DNA from: Ignavibacteria bacterium
Lineage (GTDB): Bacteria; Bacteroidota; Ignavibacteria; Tepidaquicellales; Tepidaquicellaceae
Assembly (NCBI GenBank): GCA_041859205.1
Contig: JBHEKU010000166.1
Span: forward strand, 373-64,372
Direction: 5' to 3'
Length of the DNA stretch: 64,000 nucleotides
Each line of letters opens with the position of its first letter. The stretch's first letter is position 1. The notes beneath the pieces are model-generated. The model was not told the origin of the DNA. It searched no databases and saw only the letters and a list, made by a program, of their open reading frames with translations. Shown here in pieces: positions 7,618-15,940 of this stretch. A program made the position numbers and the translations under genes.

Positions 7618-8157
7618 ATGAGTGGCATATTCGGAGGATATCTTGATTCAGATGGAAATTATTCCATCCGGCATCTGGAAGTTGATAAGTATATCAGACT
7701 TAAAAATTTTAAAATAAATCTAAACAAAAAGGCAGGGAAACAAATGGAAGAAACAAGCAAAGCGGTTACCAGTATCGGAGTCCCTAACGGGGATGGAGGC
7801 TCATTAGAGCGAGAAGAAAGAAAGGATGAACTAACTACAGAAGAAAATGAAGATGCTGCAGTTGAAGTTGATGAAGACGAAGAAGATATAAATCCTTTAG
7901 AAGATGAAGGAGATTGGGCTGAAAATCCTGATGAGAATGGTTTGACAGCAGCAAGAGGAAATTCACTCGGCAATGATACAGATAACAGAAGAGATAATGA
8001 AAGTATTGAAGGCGCGTTAAATAATCCGGGAGTAATAGCATCTGGTGGCGGTAATGTATCTATGTTGAAGTATTTTAATATTGAGTTTTATGAAAGCGAA
8101 GAGGGCAACAGAACTATTGGCTGCGGCGCATCAACTGAAGATACTTATACTCTTTAG
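7618..8157 (+). CDS. acidic low-complexity protein (array member 15)
   Basis: 179-aa ORF with long D/E-rich tracts (EENEDAAVEVDEDEEDINPLEDEGDWAENPDENG). Confidence 0.5.
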   Translation: MSGIFGGYLDSDGNYSIRHLEVDKYIRLKNFKINLNKKAGKQMEETSKAVTSIGVPNGDGGSLEREERKDELTTEENEDAAVEVDEDEEDINPLEDEGDWAENPDENGLTAARGNSLGNDTDNRRDNESIEGALNNPGVIASGGGNVSMLKYFNIEFYESEEGNRTIGCGASTEDTYTL

Positions 8158-8312
8158 GATTAAAAATTGGAGAATTTATTCATTCAATTTTTCTTCAACC
8201 AATTTTTCGTCATTCGATTTTCTTCATTCGATTAAGGAAAATCCGTATTCAGATTTCTCAAGTTGGGGTTTGAGATTGATGAAAAGTACACGGATTTTCC
8301 TTTTCTTTTATA

Positions 8313-9005
8313 CTATTTCCTTGGGTTAGTCGGGCGAAGCTCTATTTCAGATATAGTTGCATTTACAGGAAGATTTGCAGCTAAGTAACACGACTCTGCA
8401 ATATCTTCTGCTGAAAGAATTGACTCCCTGCTTGAATTTAGTATTGTACCCGGTGCATCGAAGAAATGAGTATCAACAGAGCCAGGGCAAATTGTAGTAA
8501 CTCTCACATTGTGTTTACGGACTTCCATAAAAAGCGAGCCTGATAAGCCTATTACAGCATGTTTAGTTGCCGAGTAAATTGAAGCGCTTGGCACTGCGCT
8601 TTTCCCTGCAATAGAGGCTATATTTATTATTGTTCCTGCTTGTTTTTCAATCATGGACTTCAATGCATATCTGCAGCAAAGATATAATCCGCGGACGTTC
8701 ACGGCAAACATAGCATCAAAATCTTCAGTCTTAGAATCAACTAAATTAGCAAATAATCCAAAGCCTGCATTATTGATTAAAACATCAATTTTACCATGTT
8801 TTTCGATAACTTTTTCAATAAGACTCTTTACATCTTCTTCTTTTGATACATCGGTTTGAATAAATTCATAATCGGGGCTGTTTATGGGCTTTTTATCGGA
8901 CCTTGAGCCGTTGATAACGATATATCCGTTAGTAATGAATTTCATTGCAGCGGCATAACCGATGCCTGATGAAGCACCTGTAATTATACAAATCTTTTTA
9001 TCCAT
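8313..9005 (-). CDS. short-chain dehydrogenase/reductase (SDR) family oxidoreductase
   Basis: Contains TGASSGIG (cofactor binding), NNAG, and the catalytic YSATK (YxxxK). Confidence 0.9.
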   Translation of the reverse strand: MDKKICIITGASSGIGYAAAMKFITNGYIVINGSRSDKKPINSPDYEFIQTDVSKEEDVKSLIEKVIEKHGKIDVLINNAGFGLFANLVDSKTEDFDAMFAVNVRGLYLCCRYALKSMIEKQAGTIINIASIAGKSAVPSASIYSATKHAVIGLSGSLFMEVRKHNVRVTTICPGSVDTHFFDAPGTILNSSRESILSAEDIAESCYLAANLPVNATISEIELRPTNPRK

Positions 9006-9074
9006 TGTTGAATTTGAGTTTTTGAAAATTGCCTGAATTTTAACTGAAAACGAAGGATTATTGAGTGGAAAGTG

Positions 9075-9148
9075 TATGCCCGACTGGAATCGAACCAGTA
9101 ACCTACAGCTTAGAAGGCTGTTGCTCTATCCGATTGAGCTACGGGCAC
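9075..9148 (-). tRNA. tRNA-Arg (anticodon TCT)
   Basis: The reverse complement folds by hand into a cloverleaf: acceptor GTGCCCG/CGGGCAT, D arm GCTC..GAGC, anticodon stem ACAGC/GCTGT with loop CTTCTAA, and T arm ACTGG TTCGATT CCAGT. CCA is not encoded. Confidence 0.9.
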
Positions 9149-9733
9149 GTTTTTGGTACAATAACAAAAATACGAAATTTGAAGTCTTTTTGCAAACTCA
9201 TAATTTGGTATGAAATTGCATGTGTCGGTGTTTCCGATTTTCCGAAATAAATAGATGTTTTATCAAAAAATCAAGTTTTAGTTGGAATAAAAAAAAACTG
9301 ATAAAACAATTAATTAGTTCGAAGTTTAATTGTGATTATATAAAACTGTTTTTATGTTTTTATAGAGCTTTAAGATTTTAAGTTACTTTTGTATGTAAAC
9401 TCAAAAATCTTTTATTCTTAAAGAAATCAGAATTTTGAATCTTTTAATAAATAATTTCTAAATTAGATTATCGGTTCAGAAAGCCACAGCAGAAAAAATG
9501 AGTGAACAATATTTTTGAAATTATGCGATAATTAGATATCATTTTTTTAAAATTTTGTAAGCATAAAAAATAGTTTTTAATGAATTAAATGAAGATTTAA
9601 GGTTAAATTTATTTTTTTGAGTTAAACACATTTCCGTTAATAAATCAGTTTATAATAGTATTATTATATTGATTAAGTAATTCTATCATGTTAGCTTCAA
9701 AATTGTATAAGCAAAATTTAAATTTTCCAAGCT

Positions 9734-11914
9734 ATGAAAAGATTAATTTACTTTTTAATCATTACCCTTCTGTTTTCATTTTTCAATAAGTCGGATTTAT
9801 TTGCAGATTCAACTCTCGTCACGACTTTAAAAATCGGTAAGCTGGGCGGAGCAGTACGCGATATGAAATTTGTCAATGCATCAACGGGATATTGCGTTGG
9901 TGATGATATTTCATTTACAACTAATATTTTCATTGCTAAAACAACCGATGCGGGAAACTCATGGCAGACAATTACTCCTGCAGGATTAACACGCGGGCTT
10001 ACAGCACTTGATTTCATTAATGCAACTACCGGAATTGCAGTAGGAAATGCAGGACTTATTCTACGCACTACTAACGGCGGGACTAACTGGACTACTATAG
10101 ATATCTCACCGTACAACGGCGATATTTCCGACATAACTTTTTCAGGAACAGATACAGCTTATGCATGCGGAGCAAGTATAACTTCAATGCCGACATCTAC
10201 AGTTTTTAAAACTGTTAACGGAGGATTAAACTGGACGACATTAAATACGGGATACAGCAGCTCACGCTCTATTGTTGAGTTGTTCGGTAATCAAACTGTA
10301 ATATGCTCGGGTAATAGCGGAGTATTTATCCGCTCTACAAACGGCGGCACTACGTGGGACTCTCTAAGGTTCGGAACACAGGCATTTAACGGAATGAAAA
10401 AAACCGGCAGTAATACATTGTGGGCAGTGGGGAATTCACAGGTAGTTTATAAATCTACAAACCGCGGATTAAATTTTACATTAGCATTAGATAACGGTCC
10501 CTCACCACTGTACTCTGTGGATTTTCTTGATTCACTTAAAGGATTTATAGTCGGTTCTAACGGAGTAAATTATATTACTTCTAACGGAGGAGTTAGCTGG
10601 GATTCATTATCAGCAGCGCAGTTAACTGCTCAGGTTTTATTCTGCGCTAATTATAAAAGCTCAACAGAAATTTTTGCAGCAGGGCAGCAGGGAACAATAA
10701 TGAAAAGCTCTAACGGCGGTACGGTTTGGGATTATGTAGAAAGCTCAAACAGATTTCATGCAATAGACCATAACGGCTCCATCCCGACATTTATGGTAGC
10801 TGTGGGATGGCGTGGTGCTATAATAAAATCGGGAAACTCGGGAACAAACTGGACGTTTATGAAAGCAGCGCAGGGCTTTGAATTGTATGATGTAAAAGTT
10901 TTTGATGCAAGTAATTTTTATATCTGCGGCGGCGGCGGTACATTCGGTATTACAACAAACGGCGGCACAACTTTTACCTATAGAAATACTCCCGTAGTTT
11001 CTGCTACTAACAGAACAATGTATTGGTTTAATTTGAATGAAGGCTATTGCGCAGGTGATAACGGCGAACTTTATTATACAACAAATGCAGGAGTAAGCTG
11101 GGCATCGCAGCTAAGCTGGGGCGCATCTAATAATGACATAGAAGATGTTATGTTCATTAACGGAACTACCGGCTATGTGTGCGGACAGCTTGGAAGAGTA
11201 GCCAAGACAACAAACCGCACGACTTGGGACAGCACGGGAATAACACATCCTACAACAGCATACGTTTACGAATTAAAGTATATCGCACCTAATAAATTAT
11301 ATGCCGGAAGCCAGAACGGATGTATATTCGGTTCAACAAATAACGGCGCAACATGGACACTTGCAAATGATACTACAGGACACGCCGGAGTAAATATATA
11401 TAGTTTTGATTATCAGTTTGGAAGGGGAATAGCAACCGGTACTAAGGGCAGAATATTCAGATTGCAGGATAACTCACCTAATTGGATTTTAACACAGAAT
11501 AATTTTTCAGGACCAAACGGAACCGTATTAGATTTCTGGGGATTCAGAATGATAACAGCTAACGGAGGATATTTGTGCGGATATCAGGGAGGTTTATTTT
11601 ACATTGGCATTAATCCTCCGGTAAGGATAATAAACGGCAGTGAAGTTGTTACAAAGTATTCATTAGAACAGAATTATCCGAATCCGTTCAACCCAAGTAC
11701 AACAATTAAGTTTGCAATACCTGCTAATGAATTTGTAAAGATAACAGTATTTGATATACGCGGAAGGGAAGTGCAGCAGCTGGTAAATGAAAATTTAACA
11801 GCAGGAGTATATGAAACTGATTTTAACGGAGCAAATCTTTCGAGCGGAACATATTTTTATAAGATAGAGACCAATTCATTCTCCGATACAAAGAAAATGA
11901 TATTGGTGAAGTAG
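9734..11914 (+). CDS. secreted multi-Asp-box (BNR/Ycf48-like) beta-propeller protein with T9SS C-terminal sorting domain
   Basis: Has a signal peptide and many T(T/S)NGGTNWT-type Asp boxes. The C-terminal tail reads LEQNYPNPFNPSTTIKF...GTYFYKIE...KKMILVK. Confidence 0.85.
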   Translation: MKRLIYFLIITLLFSFFNKSDLFADSTLVTTLKIGKLGGAVRDMKFVNASTGYCVGDDISFTTNIFIAKTTDAGNSWQTITPAGLTRGLTALDFINATTGIAVGNAGLILRTTNGGTNWTTIDISPYNGDISDITFSGTDTAYACGASITSMPTSTVFKTVNGGLNWTTLNTGYSSSRSIVELFGNQTVICSGNSGVFIRSTNGGTTWDSLRFGTQAFNGMKKTGSNTLWAVGNSQVVYKSTNRGLNFTLALDNGPSPLYSVDFLDSLKGFIVGSNGVNYITSNGGVSWDSLSAAQLTAQVLFCANYKSSTEIFAAGQQGTIMKSSNGGTVWDYVESSNRFHAIDHNGSIPTFMVAVGWRGAIIKSGNSGTNWTFMKAAQGFELYDVKVFDASNFYICGGGGTFGITTNGGTTFTYRNTPVVSATNRTMYWFNLNEGYCAGDNGELYYTTNAGVSWASQLSWGASNNDIEDVMFINGTTGYVCGQLGRVAKTTNRTTWDSTGITHPTTAYVYELKYIAPNKLYAGSQNGCIFGSTNNGATWTLANDTTGHAGVNIYSFDYQFGRGIATGTKGRIFRLQDNSPNWILTQNNFSGPNGTVLDFWGFRMITANGGYLCGYQGGLFYIGINPPVRIINGSEVVTKYSLEQNYPNPFNPSTTIKFAIPANEFVKITVFDIRGREVQQLVNENLTAGVYETDFNGANLSSGTYFYKIETNSFSDTKKMILVK

Positions 11915-11944
11915 TTTACAAATATATCTTATTCTTTTCGTAAC

Positions 11945-11980
11945 AGACCTGATTTTTATTTAACAAAATCAGGTCTTTTT
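11945..11980 (+). terminator. rho-independent terminator (overlaps the stop of the convergent gene)
   Basis: A 12-bp stem AGACCTGATTTT/AAAATCAGGTCT is followed by TTTT. Confidence 0.7.
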
Positions 11981-13435
11981 ATTTAGCTTTGCCATTTTTG
12001 TTAAAATATATTGTTTGTGCATAAATCTTTTTTCCTCTAAGGCTTCTTTGTATATCCATTCGTCAGGGTTTTCATTTTTTTCCGCGCATCTGATAACTTC
12101 TGCAAAAAATTTTATTGATACCTGTACAGGATGCAAAAGCAGTTCGGGCATTTCATTGCTATCGTTATAAAACTGTCTTATAGAATGAAGTGCGGAGAGC
12201 GCACTTTCATACCAGCCGAGCTCTATATAGTTCATCATATAATGGAAACGCACATTAATTTTTTCAATTATATCTATCATTTTTACTTTGCTAAGATAAT
12301 CCAGCGATTCTTCAAATTTCTCCAGCTTGAAACTTAAAATCCCTCTGGCGTAATTTTCAGAATCGAACTGCTGATCTTTTGCAAGATATTTTACGTATTC
12401 ATTTAAAAAGTTTTCCGCCCAGTCATATTTCTGAAGAGTAATAGCGGAAGTAAAAATATCTTTGAACGTTCCGATATTGAATGCATGAAGATTATCATCG
12501 GGATAAATATTAAGACTTGTCATAAGCTCTGCATATTGTATAACATCTTCATAATAATTTTTATTCCGTTGAATCATATTAGATAAGACAAGATGAATCA
12601 TTCGGATAAGATATTGGTTCTGGTCAAGCTTTTTTACTTTATGCAGTATGCTCAGCATTTCATTTTTAAACTCAAGATATTTTTCATCATCAATTTCATG
12701 TGTCTGATAATAGTTAAAGAGATAATGCAGTTTCAGATAAGGGGTGTATTCGTGGTTAATGCTTTTGAAGTAGTCTATAATTTTTTCCGTATCAATCGAT
12801 GATGCTACGACTTTCAGAATAGGGTTTTCATCCATCTTATACATTTTGTGATTCATAACATCGTAGAAAGAAAGCTGCAAAATATTTGTAAGGAAAAAAA
12901 TTATCAGTTTTTCTATTAGCTCAATATCACATTTAAGGTATTCAGGCGAGCCGTGCTGCCGCATAAATCCCAGATTATGCGCATGATGAACATTCAGACG
13001 GTAAAGGTAGTGGAACCTGTCAGCAATCGAAAGCAATCCGTCATCGTGTTCATTCAGACTTTTTGCAATAACCTTTTCAGATATTTTATTCAGATTTCTT
13101 TCAGTCAATCCGAAAGTAATATATATATCCAGCTCCTGCTTATTCCTTGAAATTTCTTCATACCCGATAAATTTTTTTAACAGGTTGGAAAACTCTGAAT
13201 ACAGATTTTTAATTCTTTTCTCACTGTAAGCTTCTGAAGGATATAGTCTTTTATAAACTCTTTCAAAGCTTAAAGAATCTTCCTTAAACTCGGGATATGA
13301 CTTCACTACTAAATTAAATATTTTATCCAGTGTGCGGGATGTATTGAAATAAGGTGATTTGAGAAACTCACCGAAGCGTTTCAGTTCGGTTTTACTGAGA
13401 GATTTAAGTATTTCTACAGTCTGATTTGTAAGCAT
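11969..13435 (-). CDS. all-helical protein of unknown function, FLKSPYF family (paralog of 17374-18843)
   Basis: The ORF runs to 13480, but the ATG at 13435 aligns with the paralog start. The shared N-terminal motif is ELKRFGEFLKSPYFN versus ELKEFEQFLKSPYFV. The sequence is predicted to be helical/TPR-like throughout. Confidence 0.75.
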   Translation of the reverse strand: MLTNQTVEILKSLSKTELKRFGEFLKSPYFNTSRTLDKIFNLVVKSYPEFKEDSLSFERVYKRLYPSEAYSEKRIKNLYSEFSNLLKKFIGYEEISRNKQELDIYITFGLTERNLNKISEKVIAKSLNEHDDGLLSIADRFHYLYRLNVHHAHNLGFMRQHGSPEYLKCDIELIEKLIIFFLTNILQLSFYDVMNHKMYKMDENPILKVVASSIDTEKIIDYFKSINHEYTPYLKLHYLFNYYQTHEIDDEKYLEFKNEMLSILHKVKKLDQNQYLIRMIHLVLSNMIQRNKNYYEDVIQYAELMTSLNIYPDDNLHAFNIGTFKDIFTSAITLQKYDWAENFLNEYVKYLAKDQQFDSENYARGILSFKLEKFEESLDYLSKVKMIDIIEKINVRFHYMMNYIELGWYESALSALHSIRQFYNDSNEMPELLLHPVQVSIKFFAEVIRCAEKNENPDEWIYKEALEEKRFMHKQYILTKMAKLNKKT

Positions 13436-13599
13436 TTTCAGCAGGATAAAATTTGAAACTAAACTACTATTTAACAACAAAATAGCCGGAGATTTTTTAT
13501 CGCTTTAACAGGATTTTCAGCTTATTTCTTTTTGTATTCAATATAGGTAAATAATATCTTGAATGAAATTAATTTTAAAAAAATATAATCACCCCGGCA

Positions 13600-13751
13600 A
13601 ACAAAATTATGGAAAAAGCTTTAATACTGTGTTAGGTGATTGACTTCGGTTCATGCGGAAAACCGGCAGAGAGTGCCGGTGTGGGAAGCCGCGAATAAAA
13701 AGATTAACCCGTCGAGAGTGAACTAACCTCAGACTTCTCAACGGGTTTTTT
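13600..13751 (+). ncRNA. candidate structured RNA or leader of unknown class with an intrinsic terminator
   Basis: There is a nested GC-rich hairpin GCGG-AAAA-CCGGCA-GAGAG-TGCCGG-...-CCGC (13655-13692). A terminator stem CCCGTCGAG/CTCAACGGG (13708-13745) plus T6 follows. It lies on the strand opposite the upstream gene, about 70 nt ahead of the next gene. The 5-prime boundary is uncertain. Confidence 0.3.
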
Positions 13752-13866
13752 ATTTGTAAAAAGTACTTTACTTATCAATTCACTTTCATTACATTTATCA
13801 TAGCGAAAATCCTACAGCTATGGGATAACTTTCCGACATATTTTTTTTACTTTTCTTTCCTGCTTC

Positions 13867-14514
13867 TTGGCGCTTGAAGCGTACTCACAAGATAGCAAAC
13901 CGAATCCCTTTGCCGAAAAAACAGCAACCGAAAAAATAAATTCTTTGCTAAGTGAAAGGTTCAATGAAAGTCTAAATGAAAAACTGAATGCTCAGCAAAA
14001 AATTTCTATAGGTAATCTTGAAAAAAAATTTGAGAGCAAGCCTGACGAGAGATATGAATTTATGAAAAGCGTTCAGATAAATATTTATAAAGCTCCCGCA
14101 GAAATGAAAGAGAATTACAAATTTGATCTGATACAAAGTGTGAACAGCAATGTAAAGTTCGGCGGATTTTATAACGGAAGCGTTAATATACAATTCTCTC
14201 CTGCAATGTATATTCAGCCGTTTTCGTTTTTAAGCATATATGCAAATCATCAGAAAAATCTTTTTATACCGATGGAAAGCATTACCGATAATGCAGTGCC
14301 GCTTGCTGTTGAAACTACCGGTATGGTATTAATAGAAAACACTGTAAAAATGTTTGCGCCGCCGGATAAAGTTGTACGCGGAGTGGCTGAATTTGCTCTG
14401 AAAAACTGTGTATCATTTATAGTTTATTCAATCTTCAATTCATCGCAGACTTCTAAGAGCAGCGGAGTTTATAAGCATGATTTTTATTATCTCTCTGCCG
14501 GCATTACGTTTTAA
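13867..14514 (+). CDS. hypothetical secreted protein
   Basis: TTG-started ORF. The in-frame upstream codons (13804-13866) encode a signal-peptide-like ITFRHIFFTFLSCFLALEA without a canonical start, so the true start is uncertain. Confidence 0.55.
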   Translation: MALEAYSQDSKPNPFAEKTATEKINSLLSERFNESLNEKLNAQQKISIGNLEKKFESKPDERYEFMKSVQINIYKAPAEMKENYKFDLIQSVNSNVKFGGFYNGSVNIQFSPAMYIQPFSFLSIYANHQKNLFIPMESITDNAVPLAVETTGMVLIENTVKMFAPPDKVVRGVAEFALKNCVSFIVYSIFNSSQTSKSSGVYKHDFYYLSAGITF

Positions 14515-14723
14515 TTAAATTTACCGCACGGGAATTTATAACTGAAAAAGAAATGTTATAGATAAAGTAATGATGAAATAGTCGAATGAAATAGTCGAAT
14601 GAGACAGTCAATGATGCGCAACGGCGAATGCGCATAAAACTTTCTTCATGATTTAAAATACCCATTAGGTATTAATTGAGGTATTGATAATACGATGGGA
14701 ATAATGGCTATGAATAAAACTGA

Positions 14724-14763
14724 AAAACCTGATTATCTGAAATACGGATTCTCAGGTTTTTTT
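14724..14763 (+). terminator. terminator-like hairpin
   Basis: Stem AAAACCTGA/TCAGGTTTT with a 19-nt loop, followed by a T-run. Confidence 0.4.
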
Positions 14764-14784
14764 ATGCGTATAAACTAATGGTTT

Positions 14785-14990
14785 TACTTCCCCCTCCATA
14801 CTAAGGAGGCTATATACTTAACAGCTCCATAATGATTCTCCCTAGAGGGGAGTCCCGACGAAGTCGGGGAGGGGTGTTTGAATGAACACCCACCGTCTCG
14901 CCTTTGGCTCGACACCTCCCTCAAGGGAGGAATTAGTCCGGGGGTCTATCAAGTATATAATTACTTTACAAAGGTGAGGGAAGACCTATA
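14785..14990 (+). repeat. GC-rich multi-hairpin dispersed repeat, copy a
   Basis: Contains CCTCC-ATACTAA-GGAGG, TCTCCCTAGAGGGGA, CCCGACGAAGTCGGG and CCTCCCTCAAGGGAGG. It is homologous to 26124-26210 (same orientation), 43870-44025 (inverted) and part of 49645-49760. Confidence 0.85.
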
Positions 14991-15023
14991 ATTTTTATTA
15001 TTTAGTGAGAATAATTTCCCCCT

Positions 15024-15725
15024 CTAAAACGGATTCGTAGCCCATACAGAGACTTCGGGAATAAAACCCTTGTTCTCCATTTCAAGCACAGATTTAATCG
15101 TATATGCAATTTCCATTGAGGAGAGTTTCTTCCTCTCTTCTTTTCTTTCCAGGCGTGTTTCATTATTGAATGCAGTTGTAACTTCGCTCGGATTTATCAG
15201 GCAGACTCTTACATTGAATTTTCTCAGCTCAGCCTGCCAGCATTGAGTCATTCCGCGCAGAGCAAACTTCGATGCAACGTAAATTGTGCCGCCTTCGAAT
15301 CCTTTTGTGCCGGCTGTCGATGCAATATTAATAATGTTGCCTGAATTCTGTTTCATAAATGTTTTTGAAATCTCTTTTGTAAGCAGAGCCAGCCCGATTA
15401 CGTTAGTTGCAAATACATTATTGAAATCTTCTAACTCGACTTTCTCTAATCTTTTAAAGACACCAATGCCGGCATTATTTATCAGTACATCAATGCCGCC
15501 AAGTTTCTCCACTATTTCTTCAGATTTACTTTCGATGGAGTTGCAATCAGAAATATCAAAGAGCACCGGTTCAGCGCCTGTATACTTTGCTGCTTCTTCC
15601 AGTCTCTCTTTATCTCTGCCGGTAATAATAACTTTTGCTCCGCTATCAGTAAGGAGCTTTGCTGTTTCTTTTCCTATTCCCAGGCTGCCGCCCGTAATAA
15701 GGATTTTTGACTTTTCGAGTTTCAT
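15024..15725 (-). CDS. short-chain dehydrogenase/reductase (SDR) family oxidoreductase
   Basis: The start is set at the internal ATG (MKLEKSKILITGGSLGIGKETA). Contains NNAG and the catalytic YVASK. Confidence 0.88.
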   Translation of the reverse strand: MKLEKSKILITGGSLGIGKETAKLLTDSGAKVIITGRDKERLEEAAKYTGAEPVLFDISDCNSIESKSEEIVEKLGGIDVLINNAGIGVFKRLEKVELEDFNNVFATNVIGLALLTKEISKTFMKQNSGNIINIASTAGTKGFEGGTIYVASKFALRGMTQCWQAELRKFNVRVCLINPSEVTTAFNNETRLERKEERKKLSSMEIAYTIKSVLEMENKGFIPEVSVWATNPF

Positions 15726-15879
15726 TATAAATTGGGATATTTTAAAAACTGTGTGTGTAAAATAGCAGGGGTTTATATTCAAATGTATAGGAAGATTATA
15801 AATATAACAATGGAGATTAAATGGAGATTAAATGGAGATTAAAGCGAGAATGAAAGTAAGATAGGCATATATATAAATA

Positions 15880-15929
15880 AAAAAAAATTTCAATCACACC
15901 CTTCCTTTTAAAAAAGGAAAGGTGCGATT
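15880..15929 (-). terminator. rho-independent terminator of the 15941-17191 gene
   Basis: On the minus strand, a long imperfect stem AATCGCACCTTTCCTTTT/AAAAGGAAGGGTGTGATT is followed by T9. Confidence 0.65.
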
Positions 15930-15940
15930 AAAAAATTTAT

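Noticed and set aside
8081-8329. 82-aa ORF after the last small-protein gene
   Set aside because: It has a hydrophobic low-complexity translation across a spacer that contains a hairpin (GGAAAATCCGT...ACGGATTTTCC). It overlaps the 3-prime ends of convergent genes and is probably non-coding.
13600-13751. Assignment of the structured region to cobalamin, ykkC/guanidine, glutamine or SRP RNA classes
   Set aside because: Only fragmentary resemblances were seen (GGGAAGCC, GAGAG). The conserved cores of those families are not present when read by eye, so the region is left as unclassified.
15286-15765. 159-aa plus-strand ORF
   Set aside because: It is an antisense shadow of the SDR gene (15024-15725). 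The same applies to 1314-1676, 9748-10134, 23314-23697, 39848-40219, 40282-40536, 44712-45092, 50905-51345, 61354-61659, 62987-63259, 63443-63793 and the short minus-strand ORFs inside sprA.
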